Virus record (IMG/VR): IMGVR_UViG_3300046794_000311
Span: 1 to 64,000 of that record
Reading direction: 5' to 3' (one strand)
Length of the DNA stretch: 64,000 bases
DNA from: a virus
Shown here: one piece after another, positions 55,307 to 64,000 of the stretch
Numbering within the stretch: the stretch's first letter is position 1
How the letters are laid out: the number at the start of each line of letters is the position of its first letter
Notes under the pieces: generated by a model
Database searches by the model: none
Told to the model about the DNA's origin: nothing
The model's input: only the letters and a program-made list of their open reading frames with translations
Translations under genes and position numbers: made by a program

Positions 55307-56257
55307 CTAGCGGGCGGTGGAGACGTCCCGGAAGTGGGGCACGGCGCGGGCGGCGTCCATGAACGCGGCGACGCGGGCGGGGTCACCGTTGGGCACGTGC
55401 GCATAGTTGATGCGCTCCCCGCTCCCCGTGGTCACCCAGACAGTCACGGGCGCCGTGGCGGGCTCCAGGAGGGCGCGCAGCTCCTCCGTGGTCACGATCT
55501 CCAGGCCGTGCGCGGGGGCGTCCTCCTCGGCCTCTTCCGGGGCGCCTGCCACGTGCACGACGGTGCGCACGTCGGTCCAGTTGCGGCCGGTCGTCTCGAA
55601 GTGCTCCGGGGTGCGGTCCGTGCGGATCACCTCACCGGCGCCGACCGTGTCGACGATGCCCCGGCAGTACCGTTCGGCCGAACTGTCGGTGTGGCGGAAC
55701 TCCGCATCGGCGTACGGGCCCCACACGCGCCCGGCGTGGTCGCGGTAGCTCCAAAGGGTGCGGTACTCAGCGGCCCACACGTACCCGGTGGCGTACTGAC
55801 GCACCCAGGGGGCAACGTCGCCGTTACCCGTGATGCCCGTGGGCATGTCGCCCTCAAAGATGATCTTTCCGCCAAGGAAGACGTAAAGGCGGGTGCCGTT
55901 GCCCTCGACGACGGCCGAGACACGCTCACCGGCCAGCCACAGCGGGCGGGCCTGCGCCTCGCGCCAGGTACGGCAACCCGCCTCCGAGGGGTAGTAAGTG
56001 GCGTCCTCCGGGCGGGCCGGGCGCGGGTTCGTGATGGACAGCCAGCGGCGGCCGTTCTCCGCGTCGTAACCCTGGTAGTCGCCGTGGGTGTCGGAGTAGC
56101 GAACGCAGCGGGTGCAGAAGTCACGTTCGGCCGCGTCCCCGTAGCTGAGGTAACGGGCGACGGGGCGACCGCAGACGCTTTCGTCGTTGCCGGTGCTGTA
56201 GTGCACCGCCTTGCCCTTGCCGACCTGTGCGAGCTGGTATCCGTGCTGCGTGTCCAT
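55307..56257 (-). CDS. Hypothetical early protein with N-terminal Zn-finger-like motif
   Basis: VH...CG...CTRC motif and AAGGAG RBS. Confidence 0.65.
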   Translation of the reverse strand: MDTQHGYQLAQVGKGKAVHYSTGNDESVCGRPVARYLSYGDAAERDFCTRCVRYSDTHGDYQGYDAENGRRWLSITNPRPARPEDATYYPSEAGCRTWREAQARPLWLAGERVSAVVEGNGTRLYVFLGGKIIFEGDMPTGITGNGDVAPWVRQYATGYVWAAEYRTLWSYRDHAGRVWGPYADAEFRHTDSSAERYCRGIVDTVGAGEVIRTDRTPEHFETTGRNWTDVRTVVHVAGAPEEAEEDAPAHGLEIVTTEELRALLEPATAPVTVWVTTGSGERINYAHVPNGDPARVAAFMDAARAVPHFRDVSTAR

Positions 56258-56382
56258 GTCGTGCGCTCCTTCGTGTGTGGTGGGAGGGCCGATCTTTCCG
56301 ATGGGGGCACCCCTTGTCAAGCCCTTTGAGCCCTCAGCTTTACAAGGCGTTATGAAGCTGTGACCAGCCCCGCCGGGGCGGT

Positions 56383-56419
56383 GTGTTCTCATGGACGCCG
56401 AAGGCCCCCACCGGCCAGC
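56383..56419. repeat. 37-bp direct repeat, copy 1 (terminator-containing cassette boundary)
   Basis: GTGTTCTCATGGACGCCGAAGGCCCCCACCGGCCAGC, identical at 58246-58282. Confidence 0.85.
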
Positions 56420-56452
56420 GGGACGCGGTGGGGGCCTTTTGCATGCCCGGGG

Positions 56453-58153
56453 TCAGACGGAGGGCGCGACGCTGTCGCAGCCGACGGCCAGCAGCAGGCC
56501 GCCCCAGTCGGCAGCGGCCCAGCCCTTGCCACCGACCCAGTCGGCACCCTCGGTGTACGCCTGGCCCAACAGGTCGTAGCCATCGGCGATGTTCATCCGC
56601 TCGACGTCGTCACCGAGGCGGACCCATACGTGCAGCTCCCGCAGTCGCGCGAGGGAGTCGGATTCCGACTGCCCTTCCGGGGCGTATCGCTTGGCCATTC
56701 CGGCCGCGCCGCCCTCGAACATCCGCAGCGGATTCCGAACCGGTTCCGGCGCGGTGTCCACCACAGAATCCGACTGGGAAACCGGCGCGGGCTCCTCGAC
56801 GATTTCCGGCTGCGCCTCCTCGACGACAACCGGCTCGGCCGGGGCGCTGGGCGCCTCCTCGACGACCTCGGGAGCCTCGACGGGCGCGGGGGCCGGGGTG
56901 GCCTTCTTGCGGGGCGTACGCGGCTTCTTGACCGGGTCGATCTCGTACGCCTTGGGCTCCGGCACGGCGGTCTCGACGAGGGTGCAGCGGGTGAGGACGG
57001 TCGACTTGATGCCCTTGTACTCGTCGTGCTCCTTGACCGTGCCACGGAAGGTGACGCGCACGCCCGTGTTCTCGCCGAGGGCGTTGTTGGACGCGAACCA
57101 CTTCACGATCACGCCGGACAGTTCGTCGCGGACCTGGTAGAGGGTGGTGGCGCCGTACAGGCCGTCGATGTACCGGATGGACTCGATCATGCCGGTGAAG
57201 GTGATGCGGGAGCCCTTGATGCCCTTGGCCTTGTCGGGCGCGGTGCCGATCCACTCGGACGGCTTCTCGCTGCGCGCCTTACGGATGAGGGTCTGCTCGT
57301 TGAAGCGGGCCCACGCCTGCGGGGCGGAGACGAGGATGCCGAAGTTGCGGGAGGACGCGCGCTTACCGGCCGCGATGGCCTTGAGGTTGAGGACGTACTC
57401 CGAGGTGCCGGAGAAGTCGTCGGAGAGGATGAACGCGCGGATCTCGGCGGCCTTCTCCTTGGCCTCGGCCGCGAGCGGGCGCATGGCCTCGGCGAACTCC
57501 TTGTCGCGGCGGCCCTTGCCGGGGTTGATGGCGTTGCGCACGAGCTGCACGGTGGGGGTGGCGTGGTAGTCCTGGGAGCGGACGAACCCGAACGCCTTGA
57601 CGCAGGCCCAGGCGTAGGCGAGGACGGTGTCAGTGGAGACGTCGCGGTCTCCCCCGCCGAAGCCGTAGAACTCCTTCTCCTCGTCGTCGTCGGCCGGGGT
57701 CGACGGCCAGGAGATGCCGGTCTCCCAGCCGAGGAAGTCCTTGATGCAGGAGCGGCCGATCTGCTTCTCCTCGCCGGTCTCCTCGTTCTTGACGAGGAAG
57801 GTCTCCCGGCGCATGCGGTTCTTCTGGCAGTGGTCGCACCAGCCCTCGCGCAGGCCGTCGCGGTCGACGGAGTGCACGCCCGGAGCGGTGCGCACGATCA
57901 GGCCCGCGTTCTCGTCCCAGTCCAGGGTCGCGAGGAAGGTCCAGCCGTTGTGCTTGGGGGCCTCGCCGGAGAACTCGACGTCGTACATGATCTCGACGAC
58001 CTCGAAGCCCATGTCGTCCTTGCTCTTGACCTCGACCTCGGTGACCTTGAGGTCCAGGCGGCCGGTCAGGCCCTTCTTCGACGCGCGGGCGTTGATCTTC
58101 TCGATCTTCTCCAGCGTGTTGGTGAGCTGGAAGTGGTCGATGCGAGCGGGCAT
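56453..58153 (-). CDS. Zn-finger + OB-fold protein with Pro/Glu-rich linker
   Basis: CDHC...GRSC Zn site and RITFTGMI...VKWFAS...FRGTVKEHDEYKG..TVLTR OB-like region. Confidence 0.65.
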   Translation of the reverse strand: MPARIDHFQLTNTLEKIEKINARASKKGLTGRLDLKVTEVEVKSKDDMGFEVVEIMYDVEFSGEAPKHNGWTFLATLDWDENAGLIVRTAPGVHSVDRDGLREGWCDHCQKNRMRRETFLVKNEETGEEKQIGRSCIKDFLGWETGISWPSTPADDDEEKEFYGFGGGDRDVSTDTVLAYAWACVKAFGFVRSQDYHATPTVQLVRNAINPGKGRRDKEFAEAMRPLAAEAKEKAAEIRAFILSDDFSGTSEYVLNLKAIAAGKRASSRNFGILVSAPQAWARFNEQTLIRKARSEKPSEWIGTAPDKAKGIKGSRITFTGMIESIRYIDGLYGATTLYQVRDELSGVIVKWFASNNALGENTGVRVTFRGTVKEHDEYKGIKSTVLTRCTLVETAVPEPKAYEIDPVKKPRTPRKKATPAPAPVEAPEVVEEAPSAPAEPVVVEEAQPEIVEEPAPVSQSDSVVDTAPEPVRNPLRMFEGGAAGMAKRYAPEGQSESDSLARLRELHVWVRLGDDVERMNIADGYDLLGQAYTEGADWVGGKGWAAADWGGLLLAVGCDSVAPSV

Positions 58154-58192
58154 GTCGTGCCTCCTGGTGCGGAGCGGTTGTTGATGGGCACG

Positions 58193-58221
58193 ACATTACG
58201 GGTTCTGGAAGCCGTTGTCTA
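58193..58221 (-). promoter_or_regulatory. Promoter overlapped by an operator variant
   Basis: TAGACA-17-TAATGT. ATTACGGGTTC-TG-GAAGCCGT lies across the -10 and spacer. Confidence 0.6.
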
Positions 58222-58245
58222 GCTGTTTGCGGATCCGTCTTTCGC

Positions 58246-58282
58246 GTGTTCTCATGGACGCCGAAGGCCCCCACCGGCCAGC
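58246..58282. repeat. 37-bp direct repeat, copy 2
   Basis: Identical to 56383-56419. Confidence 0.85.
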
Positions 58283-58319
58283 TCGATTCGGTGGGGGCCT
58301 TCGTCATGTCCCGGGCCTG

Positions 58320-58778
58320 CTAGGCCGGGCGGAGCGCTCCGGTGATGTTGCGCCGGAGCAGGCGGTACAGGACGCGCCAGCCGGTCTTCTTGTCCTCCGG
58401 GGCGTCCATGCCGTGGTCCTTCTCCCAGGCTTCCTGGACGCGGCGCAGAAGGGCGTTCCACTGGTTGGCGTCGATGAGCGGTGCGCAGGTGGCGCAGGCC
58501 ATCCAGTCGCCCTCGTAGCCCTGCATCTTGCCGGTCACCGGGTTCCGTCCGGCCAGGAAATCCGCCACCGGCAGGACGAACATTTCCGACCCGAGATCCT
58601 GGTTGCAGAAGTCGCAGCGTCCCTTGACTTTTCCGGTCTCGGGATCCACGGGAATTGCCTTGTGGCCGGAGAGGGAATCCTGCTCGTGGTGCTCCCAGGT
58701 GACCTCGCCCGTCCCCTTGGCGACGTTCCGCTCAAGGGGGCGCTTGCAGACCTGACAGACCATGGGCGGTGTGCTCAC
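58320..58778 (-). CDS. Cys-rich hypothetical protein
   Basis: CQVC, CDFC and CATC motifs with GTGA coupling. Confidence 0.65.
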   Translation of the reverse strand: MSTPPMVCQVCKRPLERNVAKGTGEVTWEHHEQDSLSGHKAIPVDPETGKVKGRCDFCNQDLGSEMFVLPVADFLAGRNPVTGKMQGYEGDWMACATCAPLIDANQWNALLRRVQEAWEKDHGMDAPEDKKTGWRVLYRLLRRNITGALRPA

Positions 58779-59380
58779 TGGGCGATCTCCTGGCCCGGCT
58801 TGAGGACGCGGTACTCGGTGCCGTCCTCGGCGGTGAGGACGTCGCCGTTCTCCATGTCGGCGATGTGCGCGGCCAGCTCGCCGTAGCGAAGGCCCCGGCG
58901 CTGCATGTCGTCGGTCAGGGTTCCCCACGCGGCGTCGTGGCCGCTCTTCTCGGAGGTGCCGACCGTGCGCCATCCCGCGCCCTCGTGGCGGTCCTTGATC
59001 TGCGCCCAGTGGGCCGGGGCGGTGGTCGCGGGGTTGTCCAGGTACCAGCGCTTCGCGTCCTCGAACAGAGTGACCGTGGAGTCGGCGCTGTCCAGGGTCG
59101 GGAACTTCTCGCGGTTGCCGTCGATCAGCAGGGCGGAGACCTGCGCGCGGGTGAGCCGAAGGTTGAACGTCGGCTCGTCCGCCTTCTCCTCCACGGTGAC
59201 GCGGTAGGTGCGGGTGGCGTCGGTGCCGGAGCCGTCGTTGACGAGCACGTCCAGGGCCCACGGGCCGGTCGTCTCGGGGTTGACGAAGTCGACGTTCAGC
59301 ACGTCCTCCGTGCGCAGGCTCGGGCGGGCCGGGCTGGAGAGCATGTCGCCGATCAGCTTTCGAAGACCGAGGAGATTCAT
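58775..59380 (-). CDS. Hypothetical protein
   Basis: AAGGAG RBS, downstream of the promoter at 59422-59451. Confidence 0.65.
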   Translation of the reverse strand: MNLLGLRKLIGDMLSSPARPSLRTEDVLNVDFVNPETTGPWALDVLVNDGSGTDATRTYRVTVEEKADEPTFNLRLTRAQVSALLIDGNREKFPTLDSADSTVTLFEDAKRWYLDNPATTAPAHWAQIKDRHEGAGWRTVGTSEKSGHDAAWGTLTDDMQRRGLRYGELAAHIADMENGDVLTAEDGTEYRVLKPGQEIAQ

Positions 59381-59421
59381 CCGTCGCTCCTTATTCGGGC
59401 GGGGTGGTTGGTGACAGGACG

Positions 59422-59451
59422 AAGCTAGTCGTCGTTGTTACGTGTTGTCAA
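59422..59451 (-). promoter_or_regulatory. HrdB-type promoter
   Basis: TTGACA-18-TAGCTT. Confidence 0.65.
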
Positions 59452-59465
59452 GTGCTCTCAGGAAC

Positions 59466-59675
59466 TTACTTGACTGCGGTGTGCCTGCGCTGGACGATGC
59501 GACCGGTGCGGGGCTGCTCGATGTCCTCCGGCTCGACCGCCTGGCCGGGCTTGAAGGGGCCGACGACCGTGCCACCCATCTGCTTGGCGGCCGTCTCCGC
59601 AGCGCTCCGGCTGTAGCTGACGCCGGTCACCCGACGTACGCCGTCGGCGGTGTACAGGACCTTGAAGTTCTCCAC
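59466..59675 (-). CDS. Hypothetical protein
   Basis: GGGAG-GTG start. Confidence 0.5.
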   Translation of the reverse strand: MENFKVLYTADGVRRVTGVSYSRSAAETAAKQMGGTVVGPFKPGQAVEPEDIEQPRTGRIVQRRHTAVK

Positions 59676-59689
59676 GGTGATGCTCCCGA

Positions 59690-60358
59690 TCAGGCGAGGA
59701 TGTCGGCGAGGCGCTGGGCCTGGGGCAGGGCGTGCTCGATATCCCAGTCGTCGAAGTAGCGCTTGCCCAGGTAGAAGTCGGCGGCCTGCGCGGCGTCCTC
59801 CTCGCTCTTGAGGTTGGCGCGCACGTAGCCGACCATCATGCCGTGCTCGCCCTCGATCACGCGGGCGCCGTAGGACGCGGTCTCGGGGTACCCCGGGGTG
59901 CTGTAGTCCTTGCGCATCCAGCGGACGATCTCGACCTTGTCGCCCTCGGGGAACTCGGTGCTGGTGATGGTTCGCACCAGCTCGCCGTCGTCGCCGTAGC
60001 CGGAGGGGCCCTCGCCCTCGGCGTAGCCGAACAAGGTCTCGAACCGGGGCAGGTCGTAGTAGAGACCGTGGCGGAACTTCGCGCGGTTGTAGTCGCCCAT
60101 GGAGACGTAGTTCTTCAGTCCGTCGATCTCCTGCCGGGTCAGGTCGCGGTGACCGATCCGGACCACGGTGACGTCCTTGGGCTCGCCCTTGACCTTGCGG
60201 GTGAGCTGCACCCGACCGCTCGTGCCGATGGACGAGATGGTGACGGCGGACGTCTTGGTGACGTTGATGACGATCCGCCGGTCCTTCCATGTCCTGTAGT
60301 CCTGCTCGATGATGTCGCCGATGCCCAGCTCGCGGGCGGGGATCTCCTGGGCGGACAT
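59690..60358 (-). CDS. Hypothetical protein
   Basis: AAGGAG RBS before ATG 60358. Confidence 0.65.
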   Translation of the reverse strand: MSAQEIPARELGIGDIIEQDYRTWKDRRIVINVTKTSAVTISSIGTSGRVQLTRKVKGEPKDVTVVRIGHRDLTRQEIDGLKNYVSMGDYNRAKFRHGLYYDLPRFETLFGYAEGEGPSGYGDDGELVRTITSTEFPEGDKVEIVRWMRKDYSTPGYPETASYGARVIEGEHGMMVGYVRANLKSEEDAAQAADFYLGKRYFDDWDIEHALPQAQRLADILA

Positions 60359-60371
60359 GGTGCGCTCCTTC

Positions 60372-60611
60372 TCAGACTCGGGTGGTGGCGTTGGGGACGC
60401 GGGGGCAGCCCTCGGCAATGTAGTCCTGCCAACTGACAATGCTGTTCCGCGTCGCCTGCATGCGTGTGAGGAGGAAGCGCTGGCGGGCGGCCTTGCTCTC
60501 CGTGCGCCACTGGGCCTCCAGGACCTTCAGGCCCTGCTCGCGCTGCTCGATCAGCGTCTCAGCAGCGCTCTGGCGCTCGGCAAGCAGGAAGGACCGGAAC
60601 GGGCTCGACAC
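60372..60611 (-). CDS. Hypothetical protein
   Basis: Conserved leader plus promoter TTGACA-18-TAGTCT (60676..60647). Confidence 0.6.
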   Translation of the reverse strand: MSSPFRSFLLAERQSAAETLIEQREQGLKVLEAQWRTESKAARQRFLLTRMQATRNSIVSWQDYIAEGCPRVPNATTRV

Positions 60612-60703
60612 GGGATGCCTCCTGTTGTGGGGCGGGTGATGGGAAAAGACTAAGGGGACCGCTCGACAGTTGTCAAGCGATCCCCTCAAACTGCTTGTCA
60701 GAC

Positions 60704-61057
60704 TCAGACCTCGATCACCAGCGAGTCAGGCGAGGTCGGCGCGGGCTCCTTCGGCCGGAAGTGCTCGACGACGTCCCTCACCCACTGCGGGATGCCGTCG
60801 TTCTCCAGGGAGAAGGAGGTCAGGTGCTCAACCTGTCCCGGGGTACCGTCCTGCTTCAGCAGGACCCCGATGACCGGCAGGGACGCGGTCGTCCACTCGC
60901 CGTTGGTGCTCGGCCAGTAGGTCAGGTGGAACCGGACGACCTTCATCTCCTTGTCCTTGGCCCGGCCCGAGTAGGCCCCGGTGGGGACGATCGGGCCGTC
61001 CTCGACGGGGACGAAGACCTCGCGGCGGGTGCTCCAGTTGGTGGGGGCGATCTTCAT
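60704..61057 (-). CDS. Hypothetical protein
   Basis: Conserved leader with CAGGAGGAG RBS. Confidence 0.6.
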   Translation of the reverse strand: MKIAPTNWSTRREVFVPVEDGPIVPTGAYSGRAKDKEMKVVRFHLTYWPSTNGEWTTASLPVIGVLLKQDGTPGQVEHLTSFSLENDGIPQWVRDVVEHFRPKEPAPTSPDSLVIEV

Positions 61058-61221
61058 GGTGGTGCTCCTCCTGATGCGGGGTGGGTGGTCAGTGCTGGGG
61101 GGTTGCTGCGTCGTCCTTGGGCGCCCAGTAGTGGCCCTTGTAGACGTGGGCCGGGTAACCGTCCTGCTCGACCTTCTTCAGGTGTCCGTCGAAGCTGCGG
61201 GCACCGCACTTACAGGTCATG

Positions 61222-61455
61222 TCAGTAGTCCTCGTCCCATCGCTCGCCCGCGTACGTGGGGTCGAAGCCGCTCGGCGGGACGTCGGAGAAGGGCGCGTAC
61301 TTGCGTACGATCTCCTCCTGCTTCTTCAGCCGCGCCGACCAGTGGACAGCGCAGCGCGGGAAGGACTGGCCCGTGCCAGACAGCGGGTCGCGGTACTCGA
61401 CGGGACCGCTGCACTGGCCCGTGTGCTCCTCCAGGCACTTCAGCTCGTCGGTCAT
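61222..61455 (-). CDS. Small Cys-rich hypothetical protein
   Basis: C..C.GPVEYR..LSGTG.SFPRC..HW...FDP..AGERWDED pattern. Confidence 0.65.
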   Translation of the reverse strand: MTDELKCLEEHTGQCSGPVEYRDPLSGTGQSFPRCAVHWSARLKKQEEIVRKYAPFSDVPPSGFDPTYAGERWDEDY

Positions 61456-61643
61456 TACTTCTTCTCCTCGCTCCGGGCCAGGATCTCCTCGGCCGGGGCG
61501 TAGCCGGTCTGCTCGTCCAGCTCGCGGAAGACGCCCGCGTTGTCCAGCGTCTCCAGCGCGGTGATGGCGCGCTCGCTGTTGTCGCCGTCCCAGCCCTTGC
61601 GCAACCAGGCCAGGGCCTCGATGACGTCGTTGCTGTATGCCAT
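61455..61643 (-). CDS. Hypothetical protein
   Basis: GAGGAG RBS, coupled to neighbours. Confidence 0.55.
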   Translation of the reverse strand: MAYSNDVIEALAWLRKGWDGDNSERAITALETLDNAGVFRELDEQTGYAPAEEILARSEEKK

Positions 61644-61645
61644 GG

Positions 61646-62056
61646 TCAGTTCTCCTCGTTCTCGTCGATCAGCTCGATTACGTCGGTGCCGGACAGCACC
61701 TTGGTGGCCGCGTTGTGCTGGGCCAGTGCCTGGACCACGTAGGTTCCGGTCTGGTCGTGCCGGGAGGTGCGCAGGTAGTGGATGATCTCGCCGCGAACCT
61801 TGCGGACGGCATCCAGGAAGACCTCGTGGCCGACCTGGCTCGCCTTCCCTCCGGCGATGTCTCGGATCTCCAGCCACGCGACGGCTTCGGCCTCATTCTC
61901 GATGAGCCGGTCCAGGTTGTGGGCCGACGTCGCGCGGCTGCCCGCCGTCAGGATCGGCTGCAAGGACTTGCCGACCTGGTCCCGCCAGCTCTGCGCGCCC
62001 TGCACGGCCTCGTCGATCTTCTTGTCGATGTACCGGGCGGTGGTCTTGGCGTCCAT
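61646..62056 (-). CDS. Hypothetical protein
   Basis: AGGAG RBS. Confidence 0.6.
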   Translation of the reverse strand: MDAKTTARYIDKKIDEAVQGAQSWRDQVGKSLQPILTAGSRATSAHNLDRLIENEAEAVAWLEIRDIAGGKASQVGHEVFLDAVRKVRGEIIHYLRTSRHDQTGTYVVQALAQHNAATKVLSGTDVIELIDENEEN

Positions 62057-62271
62057 TCTGGCTACTCCTGGTCTCGTATCGCTGCGTGCTTGGCAGTCTT
62101 GCGGGTTCGCTGCTTGCGGGGGCGGGAATCGTGCCCTCCGGCCGCTCCGCTGCGCCGACGCTCCTGGACGGCGCGGACATGCTCGGGGGTCTGCTGCTGG
62201 GCGTTCATGGGTGCCTCCGGGGGCCGTAGGGGAACACTCCAGGTTATGGGTTGTCCCCTACGGCTTCCGAG

Positions 62272-63222
62272 TTACGGCTTCACCGGGTCCTTCGCCCACT
62301 CGCGCTGGATCTTGCGCAGCTTGGCCTGGGCCTTCTTCTCGTGGGTCTCGAAGACCTCCTGGAAGGTCAGGCCCTTCTTGTGGGCGACGGCCCGGATGAG
62401 GTACCAGGCGTGGCGGGTGTTCTCGAACTGGTGCTGGGCGTAGGACTTGCGCTCGAAGTAGTGGGCCCACTCCGGGTCGTTCTCGCGCGTCTGGTCCAGC
62501 AGGACGTCCAGCAGGGCGTCGGTCGCGGCGATCTCGGCGGTGCGGAGCGTCTTGCACACGTCGTAGGAGACGTGGTCCTTGCCCGCGTACAGCTTCTCGC
62601 CCTCGGGGGTGGTGATGCTCTTGTCGGCCGACTCCTTGGCCTTGCGGGTGCGCTCTGCCTCGCGCTCCTCGCGGGCCTTGGCGGCCTCCTCCTCGTCCGG
62701 GGTGAACATCTTGGTGCCCTTGGCGTCGACCGGGGCGGTCGGATAGCAGGTGGTGCAGGCGCGCTCCCCGGCGTCGGCGACGATGTCCGCCTCCGACTGG
62801 CCGGAGTACTGGATCAGCCAGGCGAACGCGGTCCGGTACTGGCCGTTGTGGCAGGTGGAGCACTCGGTGCCGTTGTGCGCGTGACCGTTGACACTCTTGG
62901 CCAGGAAGACCCGGTTCCAGCCGCCCCGTCGGGCGTACTCGGCCTCGTAGGGGGCGGCGTCCGCCTCGGCGGCGGCCAGCTTGTTCCCCTCGGCGACGAT
63001 GAAGCGGCCGAGCCGGGCCAGGTCCTCCATCAGCTCGATGCCATCCAGTGCGGTGGTGATCCGGAGGACCCTCTCGCCCCTCTTGACCTTCTCGATCGTC
63101 GTGAAGATCTCGGCCTCGCGGCGCTTGTAGTTCACGATCCGGCTCTGGGCGCTGGCCTGGCGCTCCCAGATCGGGGCGAGAAGGGTGTCGATCTCGACCG
63201 GGGTGGCGGTGGTGAGGTCCAT
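62272..63222 (-). CDS. Hypothetical protein with GW.R.FL...GH.H...CSTC / CTTCYP Zn motif
   Basis: Motif family seen in actinophage early genes. Has its own promoter and leader. Confidence 0.7.
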   Translation of the reverse strand: MDLTTATPVEIDTLLAPIWERQASAQSRIVNYKRREAEIFTTIEKVKRGERVLRITTALDGIELMEDLARLGRFIVAEGNKLAAAEADAAPYEAEYARRGGWNRVFLAKSVNGHAHNGTECSTCHNGQYRTAFAWLIQYSGQSEADIVADAGERACTTCYPTAPVDAKGTKMFTPDEEEAAKAREEREAERTRKAKESADKSITTPEGEKLYAGKDHVSYDVCKTLRTAEIAATDALLDVLLDQTRENDPEWAHYFERKSYAQHQFENTRHAWYLIRAVAHKKGLTFQEVFETHEKKAQAKLRKIQREWAKDPVKP

Positions 63223-63264
63223 CGTGTGCCTCCTGTTTCGGGGCGGTTGTTGCTGACAGGTAGA

Positions 63265-63293
63265 ACGCTACGCGGGCCCTTACTTGTTGTCAA
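63265..63293 (-). promoter_or_regulatory. HrdB-type promoter
   Basis: TTGACA-17-TAGCGT. Confidence 0.65.
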
Positions 63294-63618
63294 GCGTAAT
63301 CGGGTTACCACTTGCGTCGATGTACTGCTCGATCTCGTAGCCCAGGTTCTTCGAGTTCAGCCGCTTCTTGCCGATGGACTTCACGCGCAGGTCAAGGCGC
63401 TTGGTCCAGTCGGCGACGTCCTTGGCGGAGATCTGCCCGACCTCGCACTGGCGCAGCCAGAGGATGGGGTCGAAGCGGTCGGACGTGCCGGTGAGGGCGT
63501 CGGCGATGTCGAAGGCGACGTGACGGCGGGCGTTGATGTCGACGTCTTCCACGGACTCCGAGAGGGCGGCGGAAAGGGTCTCGTAGTCGCTGCGGCTCAT
63601 CTGGCGGGGCGCGGGCAT
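63280..63618 (-). CDS. Hypothetical protein (MSR.DY...N.RFD family)
   Basis: Conserved leader with CAGGAGGAG RBS. Confidence 0.65.
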   Translation of the reverse strand: MPAPRQMSRSDYETLSAALSESVEDVDINARRHVAFDIADALTGTSDRFDPILWLRQCEVGQISAKDVADWTKRLDLRVKSIGKKRLNSKNLGYEIEQYIDASGNPITLDNK

Positions 63619-63720
63619 GTTGTGCTCCTCCTGGTATGGGGCGGGTATTCGGTGGAACAGTACGGGCCGCCCAACTCAGGTGTCGAGTCGGACGGCCCGT
63701 ACGCAGGGGGTGCGTATGGA

Positions 63721-64000
63721 TCACGCGGCGAGGCTGGTGCGCTGGCCTCCGATGGCCTTGGCGCTGCTCAGCCTCGCGGAGCGTCCGGCGTTGTCCCCGG
63801 CCGTGCGAGCGGCGCTGCTGTAGTTGGAGGTGCTGCTGGCACCCTTCCAGGATCCCTTGGCGGTGGACGCCTTCTCGTAGTACGCGCCGACCTCCTTCTT
63901 CTTGTCGAAGAGGACCAGTTCGGCAGTCACCTCGATCTCGTACTCGACGCCGTTCTCACCCGTGGTGGGCAGGGTGTAGATGTTCTCCTTGGCCGCCTCC
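63721..64000 (-). CDS. C-terminal part of a gene truncated by the window edge (DUF2786-associated C-terminus-like)
   Basis: AELVL...SAARTAGDNAGRSARL ending. The frame runs to the window end. Confidence 0.5.
   Translation of the reverse strand, partial: EAAKENIYTLPTTGENGVEYEIEVTAELVLFDKKKEVGAYYEKASTAKGSWKGASSTSNYSSAARTAGDNAGRSARLSSAKAIGGQRTSLAA

Noticed and set aside
1-64000. CRISPR array or diversity-generating retroelement
   Set aside because: No regularly spaced repeats, Cas genes, reverse transcriptase or TR/VR pair seen.

Overview
This is a 64-kb segment of a GC-rich actinobacteriophage, most likely infecting Streptomyces (it carries an XRE-DUF5753/DUF397 module, Lsr2, a DUF2637-like protein and an actinobacterial c-di-AMP riboswitch). 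It is a myovirus-type phage or prophage, read almost entirely on the minus strand. Bases 1-22.5 kb form a virion operon: terminase, portal, scaffold, N4-gp56-type capsid, head-tail proteins, sheath, tube, chaperone with a probable frameshift extension, tape measure with NlpC/P60 and SLT domains, hub, and a gp5-OB spike fused to a long fibre. At 23.8-27.4 kb a tyrosine recombinase lies divergent from a large serine recombinase that carries an IS5-transposase-like (DUF4096) C-terminal domain. Bases 27-50 kb hold accessory genes: KTSC, an orphan HicA-like gene, XRE/DUF397, MazG-like, a phosphoesterase, 4 tRNAs with a c-di-AMP riboswitch and LysM-NlpC/P60 gene embedded among them, Lsr2, Pnk, RNA ligase and a nucleotidyltransferase. 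Bases 50-64 kb hold small early-type genes arranged as promoter-leader-gene-terminator cassettes. Three dispersed DNA motif systems stand out: (i) 15 exact copies of the AT-rich 9-mer CTTAATACC, always oriented with transcription and mostly inside genes; (ii) a 23-bp palindromic operator ATTACGGCTTC-N-GAAGCCGTAAT overlapping many promoters; (iii) a conserved C/A-rich leader ending in CAGGAGG before early genes. All protein family calls come from motif recognition by eye, not from database searches.
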